This document shows positions 27,701 to 42,010 of a stretch of 64,000 nt of DNA, piece by piece (the stretch's first letter is position 1; every line of letters begins with the position of its first letter). The notes under the pieces were generated by a model. That model saw only the letters and a list, made by a program, of their open reading frames with translations. It had not been told where the DNA came from and ran no database searches. The stretch comes from Podarcis bocagei (taxonomy: Eukaryota): the NCBI GenBank assembly GCA_964188305.1, contig OZ076894.1. The stretch is one strand, 5' to 3'. A program made the position numbers and the translations under genes.

Positions 27701-28697
27701 CAAAATAGGTTGAAAATTATGGTGAAATCTTGTGTTTAATGTGTGTTTGGGAGAGTGCATAGGTCGTTCTGCATTCGTTAAAAACGCCAGAGTAGATGCC
27801 AAAAGGATTTTGTGATTTCTTTTTTTAAAATTTGTCAGCAAGGTCTAGAATTTAATCTCTTGACACCACTATTTGCCTCAGATTTTTAGGCTGTCTTCCT
27901 AGAAAAGTCAGTTCAGTTATTGGTATCTCTACCTTACATTTTCTATGGTTTAAGAGAGAGATTAAAAGAATTTATTGAGTTTTTCTGCACTCTCCTTATT
28001 CTCCTCCAAGACAGTTGTAGCTCCTTTGTCAGCCAAAGGTCAAACCACCTCCTTGGTTAGTTGCCAGATTCTGATATAGTTAAATATGTTTAATTCCTCA
28101 AATTGTTTCCTTTTGTTCTTTATTGTGTGCTTTTGCCATTTGTGATCTTTTGTTGCCCTTATTTGACCAAGACTTTCATTTCCTGAGAAAAGGTCTTGAC
28201 TATCTACCAGCTTCCTTACTCATTAACCACTCTAGTGTCCTCTTGGACTTTGTGGTATCCTTCATTCTTTGTACTGTACGTCTTTGTACTTGGTCGTCTT
28301 ACTAGTTTTGGCTAACCTCCAAGCATTCTGGGAAAATTTAACCCTCTTAACTTTCTTTTTCAACTTTCTTTTTAACAATTCCCTCATCTCTGAGAAGCTT
28401 TCTCTTGAAATAAACATGACTGTGTTGGACTGTTGTCTTAATTGTGCATTTACAGTTGAATTTAATAGCACTGTGCTCACTCTTCTAATAAGTTCCACAG
28501 CAGTTATGTCTGCATGCCACTTAGACTTACACTGAAGATAAAGTAACATGGAACAAAGCAATTTAAAAACACAATAACAGCAGCTAAAACAAAAAAATTG
28601 GTTTCTCATTTGTTTGCTTAAAATAATCCTTAATAAACTTAAGTTTGCTTAAGTGAGACTCCTTTGAGTCAGACTTAGTTGAATATCACCCGGTATA

Positions 28698-28781
28698 TAC
28701 AGGGTGAGTCTTTTAAAAGAGGCGCTGTGGAGCATGTGTACTCTGTATCCATGGGGACTCTTTTAAAGGACTCACCCTATA
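28698..28781. mobile_element. Very short mariner-type MITE / inverted repeat
   Basis: agggtgagtcttttaaaagag ... ctcttttaaaggactcaccct, with TA-rich flanks. Confidence 0.7.
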
Positions 28782-28820
28782 TAGGAGAGAGAAAAACTGG
28801 TGATTCATTAGGACATAATC

Positions 28821-29050
28821 GTACCTTGGTTCTCAAATGCCTTTGTACTCATACATTTTGGCTCCCAAATGATCAAAACCCGGAAGTGTGTGTTCCAGTT
28901 TTTGAACATTCTTTTGGAAGCCGCCTGTCCAATGCGGCTTCCGCTATTGTTTCTGGCATGCCTGCGCAACCGGGAGCCAGTCGGAAGCCGCGCCTTGGTT
29001 TCAGAAGTCGAACGGACTTGTGGAACGCATTGTGTTCGAAAACCAAGGTA
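28821..29050. mobile_element. Tigger-like MITE
   Basis: taccttggttctc ... gaaaaccaaggta inverted ends; related to the fragment at about 24316-24535. Confidence 0.6.
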
Positions 29051-32000
29051 AGACTGAATAGGGTTTTAGTAACAAAGGCAAATGGAGTTTTTTTTTAACA
29101 CTCCTGAATGCCTAGTGTCTGCCTTTGGAGAGGAAGAAATACATTTTGCTATGTTAATTGGGCTTTGGTATTTTATGTGTACCAGATTGTGCTTTATTGT
29201 TTTGCTGTCAGCAAGGCTATCTCATCTGGTTCTGGAATTTAATAAGAAGACAATGCTAATATTTTTTATGAGTAGACAACCTTTTAGAAATTTTGGACGG
29301 ACATCATCTCTAAAGATTTGGATTTCCAAAAAAGCTTACTTTCCTATTTTAAAAAATCACGGAATTGCCACATTCTGTTAAGTGTTAAAAGACCGTCTAT
29401 AATCTGTCACTACAAAATGCTTTGTGTGATAAAACAGTTCTTTACTTGCTTTAATTGTGACTTGGGATGGAGTCTGCATCTGAATAAATATATTAATTTT
29501 ACCAGTTCCAAGATGTCAAACGGCAAATTAATAAACATTCATGTGTTTGCACTCCTGCAGTGCTTATTCCCACCTCCCCCAAATATCTGTATCCTTGATG
29601 TTTTTCCTCAAAATTGTGCTCAAGCCAAATCACCTTAAACTGTCCAGTTGTGAACAAATGCATGTGTGCAACAATACCCAAGGTCTGCCTGCACATCTAA
29701 TGTATCGTTATTACTTTGGTGATATGCTTGAATACTCTGGCAGAAACATTTCTGTGAATGGAATTAAGAACAGAACAGAATTCTCAGTGACGTTATAAGT
29801 CTGTGGTGGCAGAATGTACTCTTGCAGATGTTCAAAGCTGTTCCTATTGCTGCTTGTTTTGACTTGACTCAACCCAGAGTTCAAAAGATTTTGCAGGATG
29901 TGGTGAGATGCATTCTTGCATGTCAGAGCAATAACATAACTCCATGCTAGGTTAGAAAAGGCAACTCGTGGAAACTTCACATCACTGCTGTGTGAAAGTG
30001 ATCAGAGAGCTTGGTCTCATTTGTGGTTAAAAACTGCTGCCTCTTCAGTAAGCATGACACAACTTCCCTTATTACTGTACTACATCAGGTACAAGAACCA
30101 ATCACTAATGAAAAAGCACCAATGGAGACTTGTATGTTATTTACCAATGAACTCAGGTTTAGATCCTGGAACTACCTGAAAAAAACAAGCTATAGTATGA
30201 TGCTAGGAGGACTCCTGTTACTCCTTTGTGCTTGAGCAATGATTATTGTGAACATTATGTTAATCCTTTCTTTTGTTAGATACAATTTAAGAACCCTCGG
30301 GTGCAATTCTGTCCTTATGCTTTGGTTTTGTGGTTTCTGCCTTTAATTCAAAAACACACCCACCCACCCCACACACAAAGGGAGAAGCTGCTACTAAATA
30401 TGCACCCTGCACATTTTCCTGATGTGTGCTCAGCATGGTTTTGAAAAATCACATAGCATAGCTATTAGAACAAAAATAAGAGTCACATTGACTTGGCTTA
30501 CATCTCTAATGCAATTCTTGAAATTTACTATAATTCCATAAAACACACAAGTGTTCCTTTTACTGTGAAGTTCATATAATCAACAGTCTCAATGTTCAAA
30601 AAGTCAAAGTACAAATTACTTGAAAGGGGTTTTTTTTTGGGGGGGGGGGACACCCTTTGGGTGCAGCCCAAGGATGGAATTTAGCATTGCGTTCTTCACG
30701 TTGTTTTGTCTGTGCACATATTCCAGCTTGCCATATGGAACAACACCCACCCGTATGCACTTCTCTGGAGGTTTTCCTGTCCCCCCTTCCAAAAAAAGCC
30801 AATTTTGGGGGTGCAGGGGGAGTAGGGGGTAAGCCCCATTGCATAACCAGAAGTCCTTCTTCAGGGCTTCCACTGACAGGACTGGTTAGCTGAACCCTGC
30901 TCCAAAATTTGCAGCTGAATCCAGCTGTCCTTGTTTGACTGCATTTTTTCATCAACATCATCATTGAAGTGTGTTTTAAAAATAATCCTTTCACTCCCCA
31001 CCATATGGCATTTCAGAGGTATGATGCATCTGAACATCGAAGGCTCATTTAGCAGTCTTTGTCTCCTGCATGTATTTGTCTAAAGGGTGTTTTTTCACCC
31101 ATCTAGGCTAATGGCTCTATTCACATTCTCTGGCAGTGAATTCTAGGAGTTAATTAGGAATTGTGTGACATAGTCCTTTTGTTGGTTCTGAACCTAATGC
31201 TGAGGAATGTTTTTAGGGGATCCCAAGCTCTACTATTAGGAGAGAGGAAGAAAAATCTCTATAATCCGCCCCCACCCCACCCAAAATACAATTCCTAATT
31301 TTATAAACCCTGCTGCTCAAGTTGTCTGTGGACCATTCAAACTTGAAGGATCAGCGTTGGTAGTGCACACAAGCCGCAGGATGCCCCCCCCTTTGTGTGT
31401 TTCCTATCATTTCTTGCTTTTCTAGCTCAGCACTCGTCAGTAGTCCTGCAACAAGGGAAATTTCCATACAAGCATGCTATTTGGACTGTCGTAACAGTTG
31501 AACTCCTACATTGTAGTTGGAGTGCTCATGATATGTGTTGCAAGGGTCTTATAGCAAAACACCTGTTATAGGTCAGGTTGCCCAGAAAGCGTAATGTTTG
31601 CCTTACTGGCACGGAGCTGTAATCAGCATTTTTGTTACCGAACACCTAACTCGCTAGGCAGCTTCCACTTCCTTTAAAAGTGTGTTCTTCTAATGCTTTC
31701 AAGGTATAAGGTGTCAACACTTACATAGAAGTGGGTTTTGTAAAGGAATATGTGTGCATTTCTGTTTGACAGGAGTTGACCGGGCATTTGACAGACTAAT
31801 TGCTTCTTTCCCAGTTCAGATCAGCTGCTTGGGCATCTGAAATGAGGTCTGGATGGAGGCTGGTAGCTCATTCTTGAAAAATAGGAAAGGGCAGCGCTCG
31901 AAATAATCTTTCTACGTAGTAGCTCTTCAGCGAACAACAGCAACTGTGTCCTGATATGGCTTCCTATTATGAACTAAAATGCACTGAGTTCTGTATTCAT

Positions 32001-32724
32001 TTCCTTCTTGATAAAAACAAAGTGCTTTTGACTAATTCACAGTGAAGGTTGGGAAAGATAGCGAAACAAAGGCATACTATTCTCCTGGGGTGTCTTGGTT
32101 GTTAAGGTAATTGTTGAACAGCTTATTCTATTCCCAATCCAGTGTTTGTTGCCACTTGGAACATTTTATGTGCTGATTCCCATTTAATGGGATCTGCAAA
32201 AACATTTCCCTTAATACATCAGCTTTCTATCCAGCACCATTGAAGTTCTTCCCCAGCAAGACTTATGTACCCAAAAGATGTTTGAATAAAATAGATATTA
32301 GTTAGTAGCATTCATGAAATATGGCTAATATGCTACAAATTTGTAATATAGTTGGGTGACAGCTGTAACCTAGTGCCCTCTAGATAGTTTTGACTACAAT
32401 TCCCATTAACTTCCAGTCTTGGCTGTGGTGGCTGGAGCTGATAGGAGATGTAGTTCAAAACATTTAGAGAGCACCAGGTTGGAAAAGGCTGGTATAGTGC
32501 AAGGAAAGAGATACAAATCTATTAGATGGAGTGCTTTCTGTGTATATGAAGAAAGAAAGGTTCTATAAAAATGGATTGAAAAGGGAAGACAAAGCACAGC
32601 TCTATTTTTTTTACATAAAAAAGGAAAAATTAATTATCAAAGATGGGAGATAATTATCCAGAAAGGTGAATTAGACAAAAGAGTCAAAGAGAAAGAGAGA
32701 TCATTTTTCTTTCTTTTTTTACAG

Positions 32725-32779
32725 TGCGACTTCATGACAGCATATCAGAAGAAGGATTTCATTACTTAGTCTTTGATTT
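32725..32779 (+). CDS. CAMK2D: CAMK2D exon 4 (55 nt): (V)RLHDSISEEGFHYLVFD(L)
   Basis: ttttttacag|TGCGAC...TTTGATTT|gtaagt. Confidence 0.97.
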
Positions 32780-35623
32780 GTAAGTATGTCTGTTTGCTAC
32801 ATACTGCACCGAGCTCTTTTTCTAAAGAATGAGATTGGGGTGCGGGGAGAGCCCACAAAGACCCTGGGGGTATTCTGTGTGTTTCTAATATTTGACAGGT
32901 AAAAAGTAGCCATAAGTGGTTCATGTCATGGTAGTGGATGAATAAATTATATCTAATTGCATATTGAGATCCACTGAAGCTGAATGTCTTAAGTGGTTAA
33001 CCCAGTTCGTGATCTTGGTTCCAATGCTTCTATGGATTCAGCAGATGGTGTTGAGTGAGATGCACTTTATCAACTTCAGCTGCCTAACTGTAAAATGGAA
33101 ATATAAGTTAATTTTCTTGCTGAGATTCTGTGTGAATGAAGGAGAGAAGGATGGTAAAGCACTGTGTATTTTTATGGGTGTGTGTGCAATGGTTCTGCTG
33201 TTTTGCCGATAGGGCATACATACACACAGTAATTTTCTCCCTTGAAACTTGAGCATTAAACGTACTATCCAGTTGGTAGACAGGTTTGGTGGGGTTGCCC
33301 TCTCCAAGCCACTGTATACTACAGGTACTACAAACACCTTTAGTATTTGTTGGCTAAAATCAATGTTAATCTGAAACAGTTCCACAGTTGTAGCCAAGAA
33401 ATAATGGTAAGGGAGTACAGTATTCACACTAGGGTTGCATGTAGTTCCCAGTGTTCGGATCAAAAACGATTGGCTTTTGATCCCTAATTGCAAGTGTTCC
33501 CTTTGAGGACTCGAATTTTCGATGGCTTTTGTGAGTATTCAAAATGAATGCTTCGCCAATGATAATTGTCTTTCCTTTAATTTAAGGGTTTTCATGGGGA
33601 AAAAGCTGTTGTTGGGCAAGAAGCCATGCAGTGTAGGAGACCTTTGTGCCCCACAGGTCCTTCCCCAGGGGGTAGGATTCTTCCTAAACAGCAGGTTTCC
33701 CACCAGCAGCCCTTCAAATCATCCCCTGAGCAAGCAATGTCCCCATCAGTTTGCAGCATAGGGCAAGTTGAAGAATGGTTGTATCTGGCTGTGGAAGGTG
33801 GGCTGTGCCTACCACTTATTCTGCTGTTTCAACCATTGTGCACACCTGCTTCAAATGGTCTCCCCAATCTTATTTCACACCAGAAGCAGGAACAAGCAAA
33901 CAAGCCAGTCAGCTCCTGACTAGTTAACCATTGTAAAGAGATTATCAGTATTACTTCAGTTCTTCCATCTTGGAAGCATGTTATTTCAGTAATACACATG
34001 GCATCGATGCCTGCTGTGTAACAGAATAGAAAATATGATGGAGTATTTGAGCAAAGTTGCATTAAATTTTGTTATGCACCTGTGTACAAATCTTTGTTGC
34101 CAAGTTGAAGGGGAGTACACTTATGAAAGGATATCAAGTGCTGCAAAGATAAGGTTTTAACATATTTTATTAACAGTAATTCAGTTAACGTACCTACTTG
34201 TGTAGAGTGCTTTCACAATCTTTCTTGCACGTACAGACAGCCTTTAAGAACCAATTTTTGGTTCTAAAATAGCGAATAGCCCTTTTCACTTACGCTTGAT
34301 GATAACCTATAGACCTGAGAAGCAAAGTGTGCCTAAATGGTTAGTGAAGCATTCATCTATACCATCTATGTAAAGAGGCTGCAATCTGAAACCAGACCTA
34401 AGCATGTGCAAAAATTCAAATTCCCTTTAACGGAGTACAGAAAGATCACTTTTCTTGCAGATTTCCAACCTGTCCTTGCATAGTGTGCAAATTTTTATAC
34501 GTTGCCCGTGAATTACTTCCCCTTTGTGTCCAAAGAAAGTAGAAGTTGCATATGAAAGGTCCATGTTTCTAATTGCAAATTCAAGAACAACTTGAACGAG
34601 GGCTCCCCCATGTCAATTGTATGCATAGAAGTAGATGTAATGGGTTTTAATGGGGTTTATTTGGAAATACACCCCTGTTCAGAAGCCCTACACATGTATT
34701 CATATGAGTGGGACTGTGCAAAATATGCATTCCCTCAACGTCACACATGCTGGCTAGCCATACCCCCTGGCATAAATTTCTGCAAAGATTGAGCTATTGT
34801 ATGATTATCTGTACATACAAAGCCTCCTCCATCTCTGCAGATGTGAGATTAGCCAGTGTGCACAGTGTCAGGGGCATAGCTAGCCAGCATAGCCCAGCTC
34901 AGGCATTGTGAGACGGTTTAAATAAAATTTCTGAATGTTGTTAAAGAAGCCTTAGGGTTACCTTGGTTGTTTCAGTTCTCTTGCTTAAACTATTGGCCCA
35001 GGCTATTCTCCAGTGTGTTGAATTGTGAACAAGGCATTAGAACATAACTGGATCATAGTTAATAATTATGTGAGCTGCCTTGATAAGAGACAGATAAATG
35101 CCAGATGCCTTCTGAATAACATGTACCAGTATTACAAAACAGTTCAGTGAGGAATGTGGGGAAATGGTGTTCTGTTACAGTCTAAGGTCCTATTTTTGGG
35201 AAGCATTCTGAAAAAGCACAAGAATTGCTGGTAAAGATGAGAAGAGAGTATGAAATGTTTTGTTTAGCAGGACTGCACTTATGAAAGATTTATGTAATAG
35301 CATATTATTCAGTGAAATGCCATGCTGTTATGGGAAAAGAGAGGCCACCAAATGTAAAAACATGTAGCTGCAGTTTAAGTCGTAAGGCTGTTGTTTTGCC
35401 TAATTATGCCCAGTGTTGAAATCTATTTTTGTAAAAGAAATACATTGGGCTTCTCACTTCTGGAGCACATTTCTTTTTGTCAAGAAACATTGGAGCAAAA
35501 TTGTAAAGGTCATAGATGTTAGCTAATTGACTTTAAAAATTCTCATTTCAACCTCTCAGGACAGCACATTTTGATGTGTTTTTTAAAAACCTAGCAAACA
35601 AGAAACTTTAATATTAAAACAGT

Positions 35624-35700
35624 TTCCTGCTTGGCAGGGGGTTGGACTCGATGGCCCTTGTGGTCTCTTCCAACTCTAGGATTCTATGATTCTATGATTC
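35624..35700 (+). mobile_element. CR1 3' terminal fragment
   Basis: gggttggactcgatggccctt...ttccaactct followed by (ATTCTATG)n tail. Confidence 0.85.
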
Positions 35701-37192
35701 AGTCAGCTTAATAAATAGACACTTTTATTGTGAAAAGTTTTTGTTCCCTTATTGGATAGTTATTTTCACAATGAAATGTTGAAAGTGGTAAGATTGGGGG
35801 GGGGGTTGCCCTGTGTATGCATGATTCTGTTTATATAAGTATCACGGTAAAGCTATTACAAAATCCATAGTGAACTGGTTGAAGTAAAAATTCAGCCATA
35901 GTGAGGTGTTTACGCAAACTTACTTTAGACTGCCTGCCTTCTTTCTTATAAGCAGTTTTTCTCCAGTGGAACAATCAGAAATAGAAGAATAAAATGATAG
36001 TGCGAAGACTGAAAGGCCACACAGGGACAGGCAGATCTATTGTTTAAAGCATTTTTGCTCAACTCTTCAGCCAAAAAGGCTCTTGGATCAACTTCCATAA
36101 GATCAATAACAAATAAGAGAGTCATAAGAACATTAGCAGAGACGTGATAGATCAGACAAACGTTTCCTTTAACAGAGTGGCCAAACAGGTGTCTCTGTGA
36201 GCAGGAACAATAGCCCTCCTGCTTTTCTTGCCTCTGTCCAGCTAAAAAATGCAGCACAGAAGGAAAAAGGGAGGAGGAGGAGGAGGGAAGAGGAATACAA
36301 GCAAACTCAGGCATCAGTCCTTAGAGCTAAAATACTCCTACAGTGATCAGGTTCCTTTACAATGATGAGCTTTAGTGGCAACAGTTCAGAGAGAAGCCAA
36401 GTCAAATGGAGCTGTTCTCTCAGCCAAGCTGAGAGAGTGGTTTGGCTTCCCAACTTCTCCCTTTGTTGTAGCTTGATGGAACAGATAGGTGACAATTGAG
36501 GAAAAGCCAAATGGAGCTTGTCTGTCAACCGAGCGGATGGAGTGGCCATTAGTGTGATATAAATCCTTTCAAGTTATTATTGTGCCTCTTCTACTAAAAG
36601 TGGACACCCGTAATAGAGAGGTTAATTACTTACCAGATCCTGCATTTCTGCGTTACGAAGATCCTGTAATGAAAGCCCATCATAATGTAAGTGATTTTCC
36701 TGCACGTTAGAGGAAAAAACCGAGGAGAATAAAACTTACTGGAACTATTTGGTATTGCATACAAATATCTCAGTGACTAGGCCAGAACAGCAGGTGGCTG
36801 AAGGTCAACATCCCAAAGGGCTGCTTCACACCTTATCTATCAGGGGTGGGTAACTGGATCTGGCTGGTGGGGTAGATAATTATCTCCATCCCTCGCAGGC
36901 CAAGCTTGGCAGGTGGATGGGAGCCGCCCACCTGTCAATCACCTGACATCACAGTGAGATTAGGCAATCCTTTTTTTCTTTCTTTTCTTTTTTGCCGCAG
37001 TGGGTCTTGCAGAGCGCTTTGCAAAATGGTCTGCAAGGCCAGATAACTCATTTACTACAATATCCAGTATCCTGCAGATCTATGCACCAATAGTTGCAGT
37101 GGTGTGAACCTTCATGTGTGAGGATAATCCATGATTCAGTACTTTTGCAACACTTTGAATACTTTGGCAGTATAGAATTCTCTCACACGTAG

Positions 37193-37312
<120 letters not shown>

Positions 37313-37541
37313 TAAGTGCTGGATTTCAAGGCTTTTAACTGTTTGTTCATCTGCTGTTTATTTACCTTTAATGTGGTATTTGGCACCATAATACAATGAT
37401 CGTTGGGGGTTTGCCATCAGTACTGACTTAGAAGTGGGAAACATCAGCTTGCCATGCAAGGAATTAATTGATTTATTGGGCAAGCCTAGTTTGATGATGC
37501 ACTCTTTATAAGGATGGTGGCTTTAGTCTGCTGTTTAGTCT

Positions 37542-37898
37542 GGGATGCGGGTGGCGCTGTGGCCTAAACCACAAAGCCTAGGGCTTGCCGATCAGAAGGT
37601 CAGCGATTCGAATCCCTGCAGCAGGGTGAGCTCCCTTTGCATGGTCCCAGCTCCTGCCAACCTAGCAGTTCGAAAGCACGTCAGAGTGCAAGTAGATAAA
37701 TAGGTACCGCTCTGGCGGGAAGGTATATGGGGTTTCCATGCACTGCTCTGGTTCGCCAGTAGCAGCTTAGTCATGCTAGCCATATGACCTGGAAGCTGCA
37801 CACTGGCTCCCTCGGCCAGTAAAGCGAGATGAGCGCCACAACCCCAGAGTCATCCACGACTGGACCTAACAGTCAGTGGTCCCTTTACCTTTACCTTT
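37542..37898 (+). mobile_element. Full-length Sauria SINE
   Basis: gggatgcgggtggcgctgtgg head; cctttacctttaccttt tail; reverse-complement homologue of 23401-23758. Confidence 0.93.
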
Positions 37899-38617
37899 AA
37901 GGGATCTAAGTATTTCCCCTTCATCTAGTGCACCTTTTGGCAGGGGAAATCACACTGTCCCAGAACTTTAATATTATTCATATATTTTTCTTACACAATG
38001 CTTTTTTGCTAGGAAAGTGATTCTCAGATAGCCCAACAGACCCATCTAGTTTCCTCCATTGAAATTTGGAGTTCCACATTTATCGCTGTGATGAGCACTT
38101 CTCATGCTTGTCCACACACAAAAATCCATGCCTGCTGTTTTCTCAGTTTTTATATAAAGCACATGGAAGCGGTTGAGTGATTCCTGCAGGGGGGAAACAC
38201 ATTTCAGCATGCTGGTGATCTCACCTGGGCACCACAGTGTTCCTAAGCCTCTTTCCGCATTAACTAATTGCCATTTTACAGGGAGCTTCAGAAAATGGCA
38301 TGGGTGGGTGATAATATCTGAAACAATCCTTTCAGTCTCAGTGAGTGGTGCCCACTGGTACAAATAATCCCTTTCAGAGAACATTTTGGCCTTGAGGTGA
38401 ACAGTGCCAATAGATCGAAATCTCCTTGCTTGTCTTTCTAGCCTGAGCACACAGTCCCCATCAGGTGCTTCGCTCAGGGGTGCTCAAGATGAAAATACTT
38501 TGATTGCTGGATTTGGGTTTCTTCCTGTTGCATCGTCCAGGAAGATAAACCACTCCCTCTTTCCTCTCTGTACTCTGCTGTGCAAAACAGAAGGGGGAGA
38601 CGGCTTCTGTGACTAGG

Positions 38618-38803
38618 TAGTGGTTCTTAGATATTTTTGGGTTATGGACCCCTCTGAGAATCTGATGAAAGCTGTGGACAGCCCCCCCCCCATGCGCATA
38701 CATACAAAATTTGGCACAGTTAATTTTATTATTTTGACATACATGCCTGGTTCATGGACTGCCTGATGAAGCCGATGCATGGGCCCCAGGTTAAGAACCC
38801 CTG
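38618..38803. mobile_element. hAT-Charlie MITE resembling MER5A1
   Basis: TIR agtggttctta / ttaagaacccctg; internal gagaatctgatgaaagctgtggac. Confidence 0.6.
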
Positions 38804-40740
38804 ATATAAACTATGCTTTCCACCTCTGCTGATCATCAAACACTGCTTCTTCAGAGGTCAAGAGCTTAAGATTCAGTTACGTTTGCTGGTATTAGAGACG
38901 GTGGTCATAACCCAGAGAATTGCACATACAGTTCTGTGTATCTAAAAGGGCATTTTCACTATGTTTTCTAAAACCTATATGTTCTTGCCCTTTTCCATTC
39001 CCAAAGTCAAAGTGCAATTTTAAAATTTTCCTAACTTTTAACAAGTAGTTCCCTATGGGAGATTTTTTTTTGGGGGGGGGATCTAGGACCAAAGCATTAA
39101 ACAGGTCATTGTTGAGCCCCTCATCTAAAAATCTTCTTGTTCATTCATATGAACGTTTTGGCATTTTCAGTGTGTTTGACCTTGGCTGTAAATATGCTAA
39201 GTACATTGGGAAAAGCTTTCGGTCTTCTCGGCCTGTAGACATCCATAAAAAATATTCAAATATGGATGTGTAAAATGACAAACTGTGTGTTTTTGTGCCC
39301 AAATCAAAGTGTCTTAATTTGTATCTTAAATTACAGCTTAGTTCTCTGTGCTTAGCAAGAGTAAACATACTTTATGCAATGGTTTAAAGAAACATAATAA
39401 AGTGTTTGGGCTTCCTTTTGTTACTTTTGGACATGCCTGCTAAACATACAGCTGTTCTAGATTAAGTGTTACAGATCCTCAATGAATTGCACTGATAGTT
39501 TTCTGATTTCCCCCCCTTATAATTCAGGGGCAGCATTTTGTGCCTTTTTTAGTTATTGTTTAATTTGTACTTTTCCCTTTCTGTTCCTCTTGTACAAGTG
39601 TTGAATTTGTATTTGTGTGTGTGTGTGTGTTTGTGTTCTTAAATATGTTGGGGTTAGTGTGGATTGGATAGTGCATGTGCTTAAAAATCCAGTCATTGTG
39701 CCACTCATTAGACACCATGGAGAATGTGCACAAATTAGGAGAGTGAACAAAGTATTGTACATATTTTACAGTCAGTTTGTATAACCTCCAAGTCAAATGG
39801 GACAATGTATGAACCAGTGAATGTCCATGGTCTTCAAGTTGAGAATATAGTGTGATTTGCCAGCATCATTAACATATAGATGTATTGACTATGCCAGTGG
39901 TTCCCAAACTCCCCTCAACTGACCATCTTAGAATTGCTGGTGGTCCTAGTGGACTTACTTCATGGTTTTTCTGCCCTTTATAACAGTTGCAGTGCACTGT
40001 GATAGGTGCTCTATGGTTTTGAATTGTATTCTGGACACTTTCACTTCTGTTATTGTATTGCAGCTTGCATTCTCCCATAGAATTCAGATTATAGCAGAAT
40101 AGAATGCAGCATAAGAAATAGAAGAAGCAATAAAAATAGAATTAAAAATCAATATAAAGATTTCATGCTGGCATGCCGCAGGCCATCTAAAAGAAGCTCA
40201 CAGACCACAGTTGTGTGAACCCTTGGACTAGGCAATATGCAGAATCAATGGTACACAGTCTTCATAATGTCTGATGATGTGCATAGTGACCAGGTTTTTT
40301 ATGAATGTTCTCTATCCTATTCACATTGACAACACTTACATTGTTTGCAAGGACTACCAAAATAAACAGCATCTAGACTCACCCAAATAATTTGCAAAAA
40401 ATTTTTTTAAATTGTTTAACTAAAGATTGCCATTTTTTCCCTAACATTCCTGCCATTCAATGAGTGGGAAATACAAGACAAAGGATTCTGTCTAATGATG
40501 TCACATGTTACGTGTTAAATGTCCTTTCTTTTCTTTTTTTTTTTTGGTAAATCTTAAAATTTCTGTACACAGCATTGCTGTGTTGCAGATCAGCGTGTAA
40601 TTGAAATGTGTCCAAAAATGTGATTTAATTACTATTATTTTTATAATTTCAAGTTATTTTCATTTTGATTTTTGCATTTAATGTGATTATGTGCCTTTAA
40701 AATGTTTTTTCCCTTCCATTCTGCCCTTGTATCTCTGCAG

Positions 40741-40813
40741 TCATTGTATACAGCAGATTCTAGAAAGTGTTAATCATTGTCACCTAAATGGCATAGTTCA
40801 CAGAGACCTGAAG
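40741..40813 (+). CDS. CAMK2D: CAMK2D exon 6a (73 nt): (S)[24 protein letters not shown]
   Basis: Strong pyrimidine tract, ctctgcag|TCATTG...CTGAAG|gtcagt; encodes the catalytic HRD motif. Confidence 0.96.
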
Positions 40814-41694
40814 GTCAGTATCTGGTGCCCATAGGTTGGCTAAGAAGTGTTTTTTTCTCTCTCTCTCTCTCTCTTTCCTTTCCTTTTCTTGGCTTGAGGC
40901 TGAAGGGTGGGTTCGGCTGAGAAGTCCCCTTCGCTTTCCTTTCTCATCCTCAGGATGACAAATGGATAACGCATGGTGCTGCTTTCAAGTTTGCAAGTGT
41001 CACAGGTCTAGCATACATCACGGTAGAAGCTGAAATAGGTGTGGCAAGACAAAGTGACCTTCCAGCATTTATTTCCCCCCCACACTACTTATCTCTGTGG
41101 TATGATAAATATCACCACAAACATTGGAAGGAGCTTGCACCTGCCACATAAACTTCGGCTGTGATGTATGTCAGCCTGCAGGTATTTTGAAAAACACCAC
41201 TTCTGTGCAGAGACTTTGGGTTATAGTGGCAGAACAAGTGGTTTGGCATTGCTCTGCTAGAGTAGGACAAACCCTCAGGCAACAGCAAGCATGTAATCGC
41301 TCAGCTAAATGAAACCATGAGGAGTGAGTAATTTGCCTTAAAAATGCATTACTCCCTAAAAGTAATATTAACTGCAGTTTGGCTGGTGCAAAAGAACCAT
41401 CACATTCAAATAAATAGAAGGAACAAACAGCACCAGATATTTAATGCAAGCTTGCAAATAGCTCTGGGAGGTTATTTCTTCATCTGTGTATGAAATATAT
41501 GGCCAAAAATGAGATTTGTGTGTAAAAGTAGACCCCATTTTGGGCTGTTCCTCCTTAGCACTGCTGAAATCAAAATGAGCTACTTCATAGCAGCACGCTC
41601 ACGTCTGAGGAAGTTAGCTACTCTAGCCGAGGAATGCGGGTCCATTTCCGGAGGTTGTGCGTTACAGTCTCTGTTTGCTGGTTTTGCACTATAA

Positions 41695-41988
<294 letters not shown>

Positions 41989-42010
41989 TAAAAGAGACAC
42001 CAAATTACCA

